NCBI RefSeq assembly: GCF_004010195.1
Contig: NC_057718.1
Location: 90,506,376 to 90,570,375, forward strand
Length of the DNA: 64,000 nt
Source: Chiloscyllium plagiosum
Taxonomy: Eukaryota
Direction: 5' to 3'
Both the position numbers and the translations under genes were made by a program. Position 1 is the stretch's first letter. Each line of letters begins with the position of its first letter. The notes below the pieces were generated by a model. The model ran no database searches, had not been told where the DNA came from, and saw only the letters and a list, made by a program, of their open reading frames with translations. Positions 13,142 through 25,699 of this stretch are shown here, one piece after another.

Positions 13142-13362
13142 AGGAGAAAGTGAGGACTGCAGATGCTGGAGATCAGAGCTGAAAAATGTGATGCTGGAAA
13201 AGCCCAGCAGATCAGGCAGCATCCGAGGAGCGGGAGAATCGACGTTTCGGGCATAAGCCCTTCTTCAGGTTCCTGAAGAAGGGCTTATGCCCGAAACGTC
13301 GATTTTCCTTCTCCTTGGACGCTGCCTGACTGCCGCGCTTTTCCAGCAACACATTTTTCAGC
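13142..13362. mobile_element. Palindromic ORF-less PLE-derived insertion (family A)
   Basis: ~90-bp inverted arms meeting at ~13270 plus an unpaired AGGAGAAAGTGAGGACTGCAGATGCTGG extension. 21-bp duplication TTTCAGCATTATAATTAGATT at 13121-13141 and 13356-13376. Confidence 0.8.
13273..13300 (+). ncRNA. Minimal hammerhead ribozyme motif (PLE-type)
   Basis: CTGAAGA-A-GGGC-TTAT-GCCC-GAAA-CGTC: intact core, 4-bp stem II, palindromic ACGT, GUC triplet. Mirror copy on the - strand at 13241-13268. Confidence 0.7.
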
Positions 13363-15392
13363 ATTATAATTAGATTGGCAATAATATCGTGAAAAGATTC
13401 AGGGATGCCTTAATCAGAAGTTCGCAGATGCATTTTGTTGATCTGAGTTCAGGCTTTTGTTTGATCTTGCTTTCATTTTTGCCAGTAACCCCAGAAGGGG
13501 TGTGCTAAACGCCAAGCTCGAATTTGTTCCAGTTTCTGCACTACCAACAAAGAGAAAATAGAAAGTTAAGATTTCTCTTTGCAACAAACGCATCGAGCCA
13601 ATTGCACATTGTAAATGAGAGGGCACTTTAAAACAAATGTGGGATCTTAAGTCTCAGAATATCTACCATAATCTGACGATTGTAATTATCTAAATAATAT
13701 ATCTTCCAAAGAGAACATGGTGCAGTTTTCATTGCTAATGACATTTGTGTGAATATCCCATATGTTGCTAGGATATTCTGAACGGGTGGTGAATCATACG
13801 TTACCAAGGCTTGTCCAATATATTATTTGTGTGGTGAAAGTTTTGAAGCAGTCTTTAAATTATTATTGGAATTGACTTCCTATGGGACTGCGGTCAGAGA
13901 ATTACGAATGAAGTTTTCACATCAGTGGTAGTCAATCTCATTGAAATATCTCATGGTGCCTCACACAGTGAATTACTTTTTGGAAGCTCAATTACTGTTT
14001 CACAGTAGTCGACATTCTTGGCCAAGTAATGTCCCGTGGTCATACAATTGTACAGGAAGAGCAGACAGGAACTGCCCACAACTTTGGAAGTTCTAAGAAT
14101 TGCAGTGATTGTTTGTAAGCAAGTACAGCCTCGTTAGTGTTGATAATCCCTCACCTTTAAACCAGATTTTACTCAGTTAGTTTAATGCCACAAAGTGCAT
14201 TTTTATCACCAGTAGGATAGCAAGGACTCTTTGGCACATTATTGGAAAGTCTCTGCAAATGAAAGAGCCAAAAAAAAAAAGCCTTTTCTGTTCTCAAGGA
14301 TATGAGAACTGCATCACGGAGCAAGCAATTGTGTATCTCTTTAACCAAACTGGTTGAAGAATCCTTAACCCAGCAGCAGAGATCCTGAATGAGGACGTGC
14401 AAGTCAGAGCAATAAATTTAATATTCAATCATAGACTGAAAGAAAAATACCTTCGGGAAAAATATATTGGATTGTGGGAAGGGGAGCAGAAGAGAGAGAA
14501 AGAACCTTAACATGCAATCATTTTTATTGATTTGCAAACCCTTTTGAAAAACTAAAATCAAGAAAAAGAGACTCCACATTTGTTAATCTTTTTAGAACGT
14601 TATTCTTTCATGGGAACTGGATGCTGGGCCAACATTTAATGCCTGGTTGCCCTTGAGAAGTTGGTGGTGAGCTGCCTTCTTGAACTGCTATGGCCCCTGA
14701 GGGAGTGAATTCCTGGATTTTGACCCAGCGACAGCGAAGGGAACGGTGATATCTTTCCAAGTCAGGCTGGTGAGCGACTTAGAGAGGAACTTGCAGATGG
14801 TGGTGTTCCCATGTATCTGCTGCCCTTGTCCTTCTTGATGGTTGATTCTCAGTGCCAGGGAAGTTGTTTGGCTGTAATTCACACTTGCCACACTGTTTCG
14901 AAATAGAAATGCAATGAAATCTGCAAATTCAAACTTGCTCTGCTGAACTTAGTGAACTATCCATCAGGTAAACATAGTAAATTGTCCCCGTTCCATGCAT
15001 TTCAGTGATGAGTCAGTAGAATGCAATTTCTAAACAAAACAAGGCATTTCCAGCAGCCACAACACCCTGATCCCTGCAATTAACTGCAAGGGAGCATTCA
15101 CTGGGGGTTGCTGTCCTTTTGGAGGTTAATATCTTGAGCCTGACTGTTGCTGAATAAAAGACACCGTAGTGTGAAACTTTCTGTCTTACACTCATGAGGA
15201 CAATTTGCAAAAATGCCAGTGTATAACAGAACAGCATTTTTATATTGGCATGCTAGGTTGGCAAGTGGACTCTGGTAGAGGCATCATCATGGAGAATGCA
15301 CCGTTTAGATGATGACTAACAGACAACTGCCAAAGGTAGGTTGACTCTGATTGGTCAAAGCAAATAAAATGCAACACCTTCAAATGCATCTG

Positions 15393-16046
15393 TCCAGACT
15401 GGACCCTCTGGGACTCCCTTAGGAACCGCAGTGGACTGAAACTTCTGAGACCCCCTTTGCAGCCACACCGGATTGGACCTTCTAGGACTCCCTTAGGAAC
15501 CAGACTGGACTGGACCCTCTGCGACCCCTTTAGGAACCAGACTGGACTGGACCCTCTGGGACCCCCTTTAGGAACCAGATTGGACTGGACCCTCTGGGAC
15601 TCCCTTAGGAACCAGACTGGACTGGACCCTCTGGGACTCCCTTAGGAACCAGACTGGACTGGACCCTCTGGGACCCCTTTAGGAACCAGACTGTATTGGA
15701 CCCTCTGGGACCCCCTTAGGAACCAGACTGGACTGGACCCTCTGGGACCCCCTTAGGAACCAGACTGGACTGGACCCTCTGGGACCCCTTTAGGAACCAG
15801 ACTGGACTGGACCCTCTGGGACCCCTTTAGGAACCAGACTGGACTGGACCCTCTGGGACCCCTTTAGGAACCAGACTGTATTGGACCCTCTGGGACCCCC
15901 TTAGGAACCAGACTGGACTGGACCCTCTGGAACCCCCTTTAGGAACCAGACTGGACTGGACCCTCTGGGACTTCTTTAGGAACCAGACTGTATTGGACCC
16001 TCTGGGACCCCCTTTAGGAACCAGACTGGATTGGACCCTCTGGGCT
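15393..16046. repeat. ~37-bp minisatellite (~17 units)
   Basis: Unit GGAACCAGACTGGACTGGACCCTCTGGGACCCCTTTA, head-to-tail with no spacers. Confidence 0.95.
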
Positions 16047-16369
16047 TCCCTTCCAAATATACCCATCCAGATGCCTTTTAAATGTTGTAATTGTACCAGC
16101 CTCCACCACTTCCTCTGGCAGCTCATTCCATACACGCACCAGCCTCTGTGTGAAAAAGCTGCCCCTTAGGTTCCTTTTATATCTTTCCCCTCTCACCCTG
16201 AACCTATGCCCTCTAGTTCTGGGCACCCCACCCCAGGGAAAAGACTTTGTCTATTTATCCTATCCATGTCTCTCATGATTTTATAAACCTCTATAAGGTC
16301 ACCCCTCAGCCTCCAACACTCCAGGCAAAATAGCCCCCAGTATATTCAGCCTCTCCCTATATCTCAAAT
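16047..16369 (-). mobile_element. CR1 LINE 3' fragment
   Basis: RTRGHRFRVRGERYKRNLRGSFFTQRLVRVWNELPEEVVEAGTITTFKRHLD. Confidence 0.8.
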
Positions 16370-16832
16370 CTGAAACAAATGCAGACCTTGCTGGCAAATC
16401 TCAGAAGGTCCATGGAGGGAAATCTAAGTTAATGTTTCGGGTCCAATGACCCTTCTTCAGTAATGGTGGTAGCTAGGTAAAGGATCATTTTTATACAGAA
16501 GGGGGAGTGGGTGGGAGGGCAGAGTAGTTGATAGGTGGAAATAGAGCCCGAAGAGAGAGAAAAACAGTTGGACAGACAAAGGAGTGGGTAAAGACCAGGC
16601 CTAGGAGAAGGACTAGCTGCTAATGGGACTTCAGTAGCTGACAATAGGTAGTGTCTGGTAGCAGCCTATGGTGGTGACAAGGCCAGGGGTGTGTGAGGGT
16701 GGGGGAAAGCATGGGGAAAGGTGCTTAAGCCCTGAAATTGTTGAACTCACTATTAGGTTCCTAAGGCTGCAGGGTTCCCAAGCAGAAAATGAAACATTGT
16801 TCTTCCGGCTTGCATTGAGCTTCGCTTGAGCA
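16370..16832 (-). mobile_element. Penelope-like 3' fragment
   Basis: Minus strand encodes a KLEEQ-like C-terminal remnant followed by a terminal repeat with a hammerhead motif. Homologous to 63400-63945. Confidence 0.6.
16431..16460 (-). ncRNA. Degenerate hammerhead motif (third PLE family)
   Basis: Minus strand CTGAAGA-A-GGGTC-ATTG-GACCC-GAAA-CATT. A related, more decayed copy is at 63847-63876 (+). Confidence 0.5.
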
Positions 16833-16838
16833 CCTTTC

Positions 16839-17682
16839 TGCACATAAGGATCCTGTCCTTATATTTATGTGCCTATAAAAACGATGGACTGCAAAAGGAA
16901 TGAATTGTTATTAAAAACAGGGATGGCTGCAACATTTTCCAGAAAGGGATTTGATACCTGTTGCGAGCTCAGTGTTTCTGTGGCTGTGGGTTCCTGCAAT
17001 GTTGTAGACGACCAGGAGCCGAGGAGCTGTTACAAGTGAAGCTGGTTGGTCCTCAGCTAACTGGGCGAGTTGGAACTGGAAACCAGTTACAGAGACCCAG
17101 ACTGACAGAGCGAAAAACACAGAAGGGTGTACTGTCGTTCTACCAGGCAGTAGCTGTCTGTTCTCTGCAGTAAAAGCAACCCATTTGAAGAAAATTAGTT
17201 ACCTTTTCAACAGACTTTTGAATTAATAAATTGAAGCCATTTTCCAAGTGAGTCAGTTACAAATTGGTGGAAGCTTCTACAGAGAGAGACAACTGATCAG
17301 CAAGGACCTGGCTAGCTAAGGAAGGATCGACTCAACATTGGAATCAGGAAGCAAAGGCTCCTGAACTGACTTTTCAGCTTTTCCCTACTTCTGCCAGTAA
17401 TTTATTTTCCTTGCACTTATTTTCATGTGTGTTTGTGTGTGTAAAGGGGAAGTTTATGGAGGGATTAGAGTTTTAGTTAACAGGGTTACATCCCAGTGGT
17501 TTATATGTGTTTACTTAATGTATATGTATTTATAATCTTAATTACTTAAACCAATTCAGAAACTTGGTGTGGAAGTCCAATAAATCAGGGTACTGTGTGC
17601 ACCTTTTAAAAGACCATGTTAACATTTAGTATAACCCCGGGAATACTTGATTTACAATGTGCAACCCATTAAGGCTATAACA
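16839..17682 (+). mobile_element. Possible solo LTR (~844 bp)
   Basis: TG...CA termini with CTTTC on both sides (16834-16838, 17683-17687), TATAAAA near 16874, AATAAA near 17578. Confidence 0.4.
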
Positions 17683-17864
17683 CTTTCTCAGTGTTCTATT
17701 ACCGCTGTCTCTCCATAGCTCTTTATGCCAAAAAGTATTGTTGAGCATGAGCGAGAAATAGGGGTGGATAAGTGGAATGAGCCAAACCCGTTTTAAGCTT
17801 GGCTTCAGTCTTTGGATTCAAAGCGGCTCGTAGGTCCTTCAAGACAAGTGCGTGCTCACCCCCT

Positions 17865-18100
17865 CAGTGCCCGAGGGCACTTAAATGCAGAAGGTCTGAG
17901 AAAAAGAACAGGAAATGACATCACCAACGCCGGAAATGGCATCACCACAGGAATTGACATCACCAACCCAAGGAAACCGAAACACGTAAATAGAAAGCGG
18001 GCCATAATGCCAGTGCTTCACCAGAGGCTCACTGATGATGTTACCTAGTACCTAGTCTGAAAACAAACCTTCCAGCTCCATGAGCAAACTTACATGCAGA
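17865..18100 (+). mobile_element. Terminal fragment of another Penelope-like family
   Basis: AAAAAGAACAGGAAATGACATCACC repeats and CACTGATGATGTTACCTAG, a hammerhead 5' half with the rest deleted. Confidence 0.45.
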
Positions 18101-20669
18101 AGGTGATATTTAGAAAAATGTTCTTTGAGAATGGATATCCTTTCAATTGAATTCTTCAATGCACATTCAGGAATACAGGAAGTGGAGTTGGCTCATAGCT
18201 GTGCCCTGGCCTTATTGAGTGACAGTGCAGGTACAATGGGCTGTACCTGTTTAATCTACTTTACAATGAGAACGTACAGCTCTTTAGCCTTGGATACTGT
18301 TGTGCACTTGCCTCACTTACAGTTACACTTCCTGTACATTCCCTTTCTTTTTGAAGCAGTCGTGCAAAGTATGTTTTTGTAAGGCTCTAGCCTGCCTGAA
18401 TGTTTGTACAAAAATAAATTTGCACCGAAACACTTTGAGACACAAACCTGGAAACAATTACTAGGATGTTATTCTGCAGCTGGTCAGTGCCTCTGTTGAT
18501 GCAGCCGGGAGAGGAATTTAATATGAACATGCTAAGCATGTGTGCTGTAACGTTAGCTCATTTTGCAAGGACGTTTGAATCCCCAACTGTGATAGCATCA
18601 TAGAATACAGTAGAAAGCGAGCAGACTAAGTGATTAGCTCTGATTGAATGCGCAGTACGGATTAAAACTGGAGCTGTGGGGAGATGTCAAAGCAAAGGGT
18701 GCAGTAACTTTTGAAAAAGGCTTAAACTTGAAAAAAGCATTTAACTATGTGTTGAATGTCAATTTGCAAATGGGTCAACTTGCTGTGCAAATGTAACAAC
18801 TTATCGACAACCAGAATATACTTTATTCAATTCTGGGAAGCAAATGGCAGTGTAATTTGAAGCATCTTAATTGTTTGGGGGTAGATGGGATGTCATTTGA
18901 GATTTAATGGTCTCTACGTAGCTACATGTAATAGTAATTTAACCACAGTTGCCTGTGGTTAGTTGGGGTTGCTGTCTATCCTACTGCTCCCCATCTACTT
19001 CTCCATTTCTCAGATGATTACTCAACTTGATAAATTGAGACCACTGTACTTGGCTGAATTATTCCCTATTTGTTTCCCAGTAAAGGGAGTTCACATGGAA
19101 TCCAGGGGGAGCTAGCCAATTGAATACAAAATTGGCCTGACAGAAGGAGACAGAAGGTGGTGGTTGAAGGTCGTTTTTTTTGGACTGGAGACCTGTGAGC
19201 AGCATTGTGCCACAGGTTTTGGTACAGGGTCCACTGTTGTTTGCATACGGTAAATGATTTGGGTGAAAATATAAAAGGCGTGGTTAGTAAGTTTGCGGAT
19301 GACACCAAAATTGGTGGTAAAGTGGACAGCGAGGAAAGTTCTCTAAGAGTACAACAGGATCATGATCAGATGGGCCAAATGGACTGAGGACTGGCAGATG
19401 CAGTTTAATTTAAATAAAAGGTGAGGTGTTGCATTTTGCTAAGGCAAACCAGGGCAAGAATTACAGCTAATGGTAGGGCCGTGGGGTATATTTTCGAACA
19501 GAGAGACCAAAGGGTTCCTTGAAAATGGTATCACAAGTAGATAGGGTGGTGAAGAAGGCATTTAGCACGTCTTCATTGGTCAGAGCATTGAGTACAGAAG
19601 TTGGAGTGTCATGTTGTGCCTGTACAGGACATCGGTGAGGCCAGTTTTGGAATACTGCATGCAGTTCTGTTTGCCCTTCTGTAGGAAGAATATTATTAAG
19701 TTGGAAATGGTGCAGAAAAGATTTACAAGGATGTTACCGGGTTTGAGTTATGAGGAGAGGCTGGATAGCCTTGGACAACCTTCCCTAGAGTGTAGGAGGT
19801 TGATGGTTGACCTTACAAAGCTTTGTAAAATCATGAGGGCATAGATCAGGAGAATAGACAAGAGGAGGGGAATTCAAAACTGGAGGGCATTGTTTTAAGG
19901 TGAGAGGGAAAAGAGTTAAAAGCGACCTGAGGAGCAACTTTTTCACCCAGAATAGAATGAACTGCCAGAGGAAGTGATAGATACAGATACAGTTACAACG
20001 TTTAAGAAATATTTGGGCAGGTACATGAATAGGAAAGTTTCGAGGGATATGGGCTAAACATGTAGTTGAAGATGCCCTCCAATGCATCTCATCCACATCC
20101 CGCACCTCCGCCCTCAAACCCCATCCCTCCAACCGTAACAAGGACAGAACCCCCTGGTGCTCCCCTTCCACCCTACCAACCTTTGCATAAACCGCATCAT
20201 CCACCAACATTTCCACCACCTCCAAACGGACCCCATCACCAGGGATATATTTCCCTCCCCACCCCTTTCCGCTTTCCGCAAAGACCGTTCCCTCCGTGAC
20301 TACCTGGTCAGGTCCACACCCTCTACAACCCACCCTCCCATCCTGGCACCTTCCCCTGCCACCGCAGGAATTGCAAAACCTGCACCCACACCTCTTCCCT
20401 CACCACCATCCAAGGCCCTAAAGGAGCCTTTCACATCCATCAAAGTTTTACCTACACATACATCATTTATTGTATCCATTGCTCCCGATGCGGTCTCCTC
20501 TACATTGGGGAGACTGGGCGCCTCCTAGCAGAGCGCTTTAGGGAACATCTCCGGGACACCCGCACCAATAAACCCCACTGCCCTGTGGCCCAAACATTTC
20601 AACTCCCCCTCCCACTCTGCTAAGGACATGCAGGTCCTGGGCCTCCTTCACCGCCGCTCCCTCACCACC

Positions 20670-20675
20670 NNNNNN
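20670..20675. other. Assembly gap (NNNNNN)
   Basis: Six N bases inside the PLE fragment. Confidence 1.
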
Positions 20676-20821
20676 TATACTCTTTTCTACCTTCCCCCAC
20701 CCTCCTCTCTGACATAACACCTTCATCCCCACCCCCATCCACCTATTGTACTCTTTACTAACTTCTCCCCAACCCCACTCCCCTCCCATTTATCTCTCCA
20801 CCCTGTAGGGTCCCTACCTTC

Positions 20822-20857
20822 AGTCCTGATGAAGGCCTTTGGCCCGAAACGTTGATT
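20822..20857 (+). ncRNA. Hammerhead motif in the terminal repeat of a PLE fragment
   Basis: AGTC-CTGATGA-A-GGCC-TTT-GGCC-C-GAAA-CGTT-GATT, directly downstream of a GIY-YIG-encoding remnant. Confidence 0.55.
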
Positions 20858-23800
20858 TTCCTACTCCTTGGATGCTGCCTGACCTACTGTGCTTTTCCAG
20901 CACCACTCTGATCTAGATACAGGCAAATGCGGTCAGTTTAGTTTGGGAAACCTGGTCAGTGCGGATGAGTTAGACCAAAGGGTGATGATGTTATGGGTAT
21001 ATCTCTTAAAGGCACACTGACGTACTGACTGTAAGATGTAAGACAACGCACTGCACTGCTATCATGTGTAATAGGAAGTGGATGCAACTAGCCAGTAAGG
21101 ACATCAATGTAAAATGCAAGCCTTATTGCACATAAAGCATGATTTGATGCCTTCAGCTTTGCCACATTGTGCAGTTCCAGTACTGAGCTTCGGAGTGTGG
21201 CTGAGGTGACACAAGCAGCAGGGGCACAGCCATAGTGTCATACAGCATGTAAACAAAACCTTCAGTGCAACTCAACTACGCTGACCAGGTCATTCTCAAA
21301 TTCAAGGGATGACATAGGGCACCACACTTATTTGTGATAACCAGGTTAGATAATCACGCCCCAACCTCAGAAGACCTTCCTCCAGTTTTTAATCTCTCAC
21401 AACATATATTCTGTGGTTACTGAGTGAAATTCCTGATTTGAACAAAATTCAAGAAAGTTCTTTTCCTTGTTGACCCCCACGCAGCAGTAAATGGGTTAAA
21501 CCTGCCCATACAAATGGGCTTTGCAGACAGGCTATTCTCTGAATCAGCTCCCAGAAATAAAAGGCTTCCACCTCATCTTTAAGATGCCGCATCATAAATG
21601 TATTTTAATTATTTCAGAACAAAATAAACTTAAACCAAAAGCAGCTATTTGCTCCAATTTCAATCAGTTAATAATGAGACATCTCCATGAATGTTTTTCT
21701 GATGGGATTAACAGACGGGCAACAGGAAAGCCACCATAGACAGTCATGACCTCTGGCTGATTGAAGGGGCACTGAAGAGGCCAGTAGTTGGTTGAGAACA
21801 GGCCCCAGAGAAAACAGGCAAGCGAATCCTGTACCTTTTCAACCCCTATCTCCCTCCGCAGTAAATATGGCAGCGATGGCCTGCCGAGGTGGGAGGTTCT
21901 GAACTAAACCACGTAAAGTTTATTGATCGCCACGAGGCAAATCAACATCTTACAAGGTGGCTGTTTGCCTAGTTTGTGAGAGATTGAAAACTGGAGGAAG
22001 GTCTTCAGAAGTTGGGGCCCAATGTTGAGGCTTAGTTCACAGAAATTTAATGAGCTGCATTTGTATAGTGCCTCAGCTCACCCTCAAATCCAAGGAATGA
22101 GTTTGGACATCACTGTCATCACTGTTTGTTTGAACCGTCTTGGCAGCCAATCTACCCACAAACCGTAAGTGAACGAATTACTATAAAACCTGCTGCTACG
22201 GTTGGTATTAGTTGTAAGGGCAATGTTGACCAGAGCACGAGCAAAACTCATACTCTTTTCCAAATTGGTGTATCACGCCTTCCTGAGAATGCACTCAGAG
22301 TCTCAGCCACGTTTCTCTTCCAAATGAGCTCCTCCTGCTATGAGTAAGTGTGAGGCTAGATCGATGTGGTCAAGGCCACAGTGAGATTAAAGCCAGAGCC
22401 ATCTCCTCAGAGTGAGGAGCTGACAGCTCAGCAAGAGCTTTGCTTTGTACCTGACTAGACTATACCTGAACTGGGAGTGTGGACATTGGGTGTCTGAGGT
22501 TGGGGGGAAAATCTTCATCACTCCCATCATTGTGAGGGACTTCAAAGACAAATAGCCATCAGTACCTAGTCTGACTGTCTCTTTCACCTACTGTCTTCCT
22601 TGTCGGTCTTTAATGACTTCCAATTGTCCCCACAGTGTTGATTCCTATATCCTCACTTTTTGTATTCCTGTGGCCTACCCTTAACTACTTGCTGCCCTCT
22701 GCCTCAGCACAAGCTCCTGTTCCTATTCAGCCCCATTTGCCCACTGCCTCAAAAGGGTAAGCCCCTCAATTTAACATGGCTGAACAAATCCTTAATAAAG
22801 GCAAATCTTTAATAGTGGAGCTAATCTCAAGCTCCACCCCCAATTACGGCAATTCTGTGAATGTAATTCTGACAACATTCCGAAAGAATTTAGAGATCTA
22901 TAAAACTTTTACACATTTGGCACATTTATCATGGCTTTTCCCATAGTGTGCAACACTCACTTTAACGTGACTAGTGTTTAGTAGCAGGGTTTAGTAATGG
23001 AGACTGATACAACAGTGCAGAACAAATGTCTTTGAGAGTGTGAGCCAAGGTATCAGGTTAGGCTAAAATGTATTTGAGAAATTTTCCCAAGGGATTACAA
23101 TCTTTGGAATATGGTGGACTAGAAATTGTGAATTCTACAAGTGGCAGGGAATGGCTTACAGTTGGATTGGTGAATAAACAGTTCCATTTGGCTAAAGGGA
23201 TAAAAGCATAAGGGGGTGAAAGTGGGAACAGGGGACTGAGTTAGATGATTATCCATGATCATATTGAATAGTGGAACAGGCTAAAAGCATCGTATGGCCT
23301 GCCCTTCCTATTTTCTATGTTTCTATGTATTATCATATATTTTAAATACCATCTATATGATATGCACATATTTGTGTGCATGTATATACAGGAAAAAGTA
23401 ATTGCCAGTCCTGATGTTGGAGTAGATATAAACCTTTTGTCCTGACCTAACAGTTAATGTTAATGTCCCCCCAAGTTAGCGGCTATAATACTGAAGACCT
23501 ACCACACTATATTTATGATCATGAATGATTTACTGGAATAAAAGTTGGGCGCTCAAACAGTGAGTAAAAGCTGGAATGAGTCACCCAATATGTTTTTATT
23601 ACAAAGAAAGAATGAGGTCTTATTTAAATATTTCACATACTCAGGCAGTTGTAAAGCCCTTCACAACCAGAGGTAAATGCTGGCTGTGAAACAGAGGCAT
23701 TTCTGTCCAGTAGGATCTTTGCTCAGCCTCCGCTTACTGTCTCCTCGGAAACGTGGCACCATCGACAATGTGATTCTCCACTCGGCTGTCGACTGGATTC

Positions 23801-24040
23801 TGTGGAAGTTAGGCTTCCACCCAGCAGGAAAGAGAAGCTGTGCTGTGCTGATCTAACAAGGTCAGACGTCACACGACACCAGGGTGGAGTCCAACGGGTT
23901 TATTTGAAATCACAAGCTTTTGGAGCGCTGCTCCTTCATGACTCCACCTGATGCAGGGGCAGGGTTAGGAAACCCACAGACAAAGAGATGACTGAATTCT
24001 TACAAGTCGTTCTTCTGGATTTGATCCCAAGGGGGAGGGA

Positions 24041-24345
24041 GGGTGGCTCAGCAGTTAGCACTGCTGCCTCACAGTACCAGGGGCCCAGGTTCAATTCCCG
24101 CCTTGGGCAACTGGCTGTGTGGAGTTTTCACATTCTCCCCGTGTCTGCATGGGTTTCCTCCCACAGTCCAGAGATGTGCAGACCAGGTCAATTGGCCATG
24201 CTAAATTGCCCATAGTGTTAGGTGTCTTAATCAGGGATAAATATATGGGACTGGGTCTGGGTGGGTTGATCTTCGGTGGGTTGGTGTGGACTCGTTGGGC
24301 CTAAGGGCCTGTTTCCATACTGAAGGGAATCTAATTCAAATCTAA
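24041..24345 (+). mobile_element. HE1-type SINE
   Basis: Consensus head, body and tail. Confidence 0.8.
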
Positions 24346-24973
24346 GATCTTTAAAACTGTGGCCCCGTCACTCTTGTTCCATCTCTGACGCTAAAGTCCC
24401 AACCCTCATTCCAGGAGTAGTCTGAGAGATTGGTGGCAATAGGGCCAGAGGATCGGGAGATGAACAGGGTGAACTCAACAACGGGTCAAGGAGGGTACAG
24501 AGGTGAAACTAGAGAAAGATTCAGAGTTCATGGCTGGGGCATGGGATTCCTTTGAAGATCTTTGGCCCAGTGAGTTAGGAAAAGGGAAAGCAGCAGCTGA
24601 GGCATCTTAGTCTTTACATCAAAGGAATTCCCCAAGGATAATTAGTGGTATGTCTGCCCAGTGATTTAATTCCCAATGACACATACTACTAAAGAGCACA
24701 GGAACATTTATTCTCTTCAATAGTTTGTAAGCAAATATGTCTGCCCTTTTGTTTCAGTAATTTCTTCCGAAATACTCTGCTAAGCAGTGTACTGTGGAGT
24801 TTAGATATGAAATAAGCATTGCTGTTTCCAGTTGCTGTATTTGATTTATTTGAATAATGTCCTCAGCTATCTTATTTCCATGGGTTAGCTGACTTCGAGC
24901 CCATCACATGACAGCTCCACTTCAATCACAACCCTTTCTGAGGTGTTGCAAGTGTTCGGAGTGATATCCAAAT

Positions 24974-25160
24974 CAACTAGGCGAAAGGGAGGACTGCAAA
25001 TTCTGGAGATCAGAGTCAAGATTAGAGTGGTGCTGGAAAAACACAGCTAATGCCTGAAATGTCAATTGAAGGGCTAATGCCTGAAATGTCAATTCTCCTG
25101 CTCCTCGGATGCTGCCTGACCTGCTGTGCTTTTCCAGGACCACTCTAATCTTGAGTCTGA
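24974..25160. mobile_element. Rearranged palindromic PLE-derived insertion (family A-like)
   Basis: CAACTAGGCGAAAGGGAGGACTGCAAATTCTGG extension, inverted TCAAGATTAGAGTGGTGCTGGAAAA arms, internal 22-bp direct duplication, near-TSD ATC(C/T)AAATCA. Confidence 0.6.
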
Positions 25161-25307
25161 AATCTAAATCAGTTGACACCTCGCAAAATCTAGACTTAAC
25201 CCCATCTGCTGATTTATCGGATTTTACGGAATTGTGAAAGATTGCTTGTGGACTTGTCAAAACTTGTTCTTATTTCACTAAACTTCTGACTGCAGTTTTC
25301 ATAAAAC

Positions 25308-25621
25308 TGCAGAGTGGAAGCTGGCCAGTTGGCCCATTGAGTCCATGCCAGCCCTCCAAAGAGCAAGCCAGCCAGACCCATTCCTCTACCCTCTGTTTTT
25401 CATGGCTAACCCATCTAGCCTATGCATCCCTGATCACTATGGGACAATTTAGCATGGCCAAACCACCCTAACCTGCACATCTTCGGACTGTGGCAGGGAA
25501 CCAGAGCAGACATGGAAAGAACGTGCAAACTCCACACAGACAGTCGCCTGAGGCTAGCATCGAACCTGGGTCCCCAGTGCTATCAGATAGCAGTGCTAAC
25601 CATTGAGCCACCGTGCCACCC
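25308..25621 (-). mobile_element. HE1-type SINE (diverged)
   Basis: Consensus on the - strand. Confidence 0.75.
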
Positions 25622-25699
25622 AAATAGTACTCTTTAGTTTGACCAGCTCCTTTGATTGCATATTATCCCTCCATCAGTATTCCGATTTTTTAAATTGAT

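Larger units (their letters stand above)
20066..20916 (+). mobile_element. 5'-truncated Penelope-like retroelement (linker + GIY-YIG endonuclease remnant + terminal repeat) inserted in a CR1 3' end
   Basis: Frameshifted peptides LPFHPTNL...FPSPPLSAFRKDRSLRDYLVRS, GTFPCHRRNCKTC and IIYCIHCSRCGLLYIGETGRLLAERFREH, followed by a hammerhead-bearing repeat. Assembly gap at 20670-20675. Confidence 0.85.
19090..20985 (+). mobile_element. CR1-clade LINE 3' portion (RT remnant), interrupted by the PLE at 20066-20916
   Basis: VSKFADDTKIGG, LYRTSVRPVLEYC and VQKRFTRMLPG motifs, with stops and frameshifts. Confidence 0.85.

Noticed and set aside
15393..16046. CRISPR-like array of ~37-bp repeats
   Set aside because: Units are contiguous with no unique spacers, there are no cas genes, and the context is vertebrate. 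It is a minisatellite.
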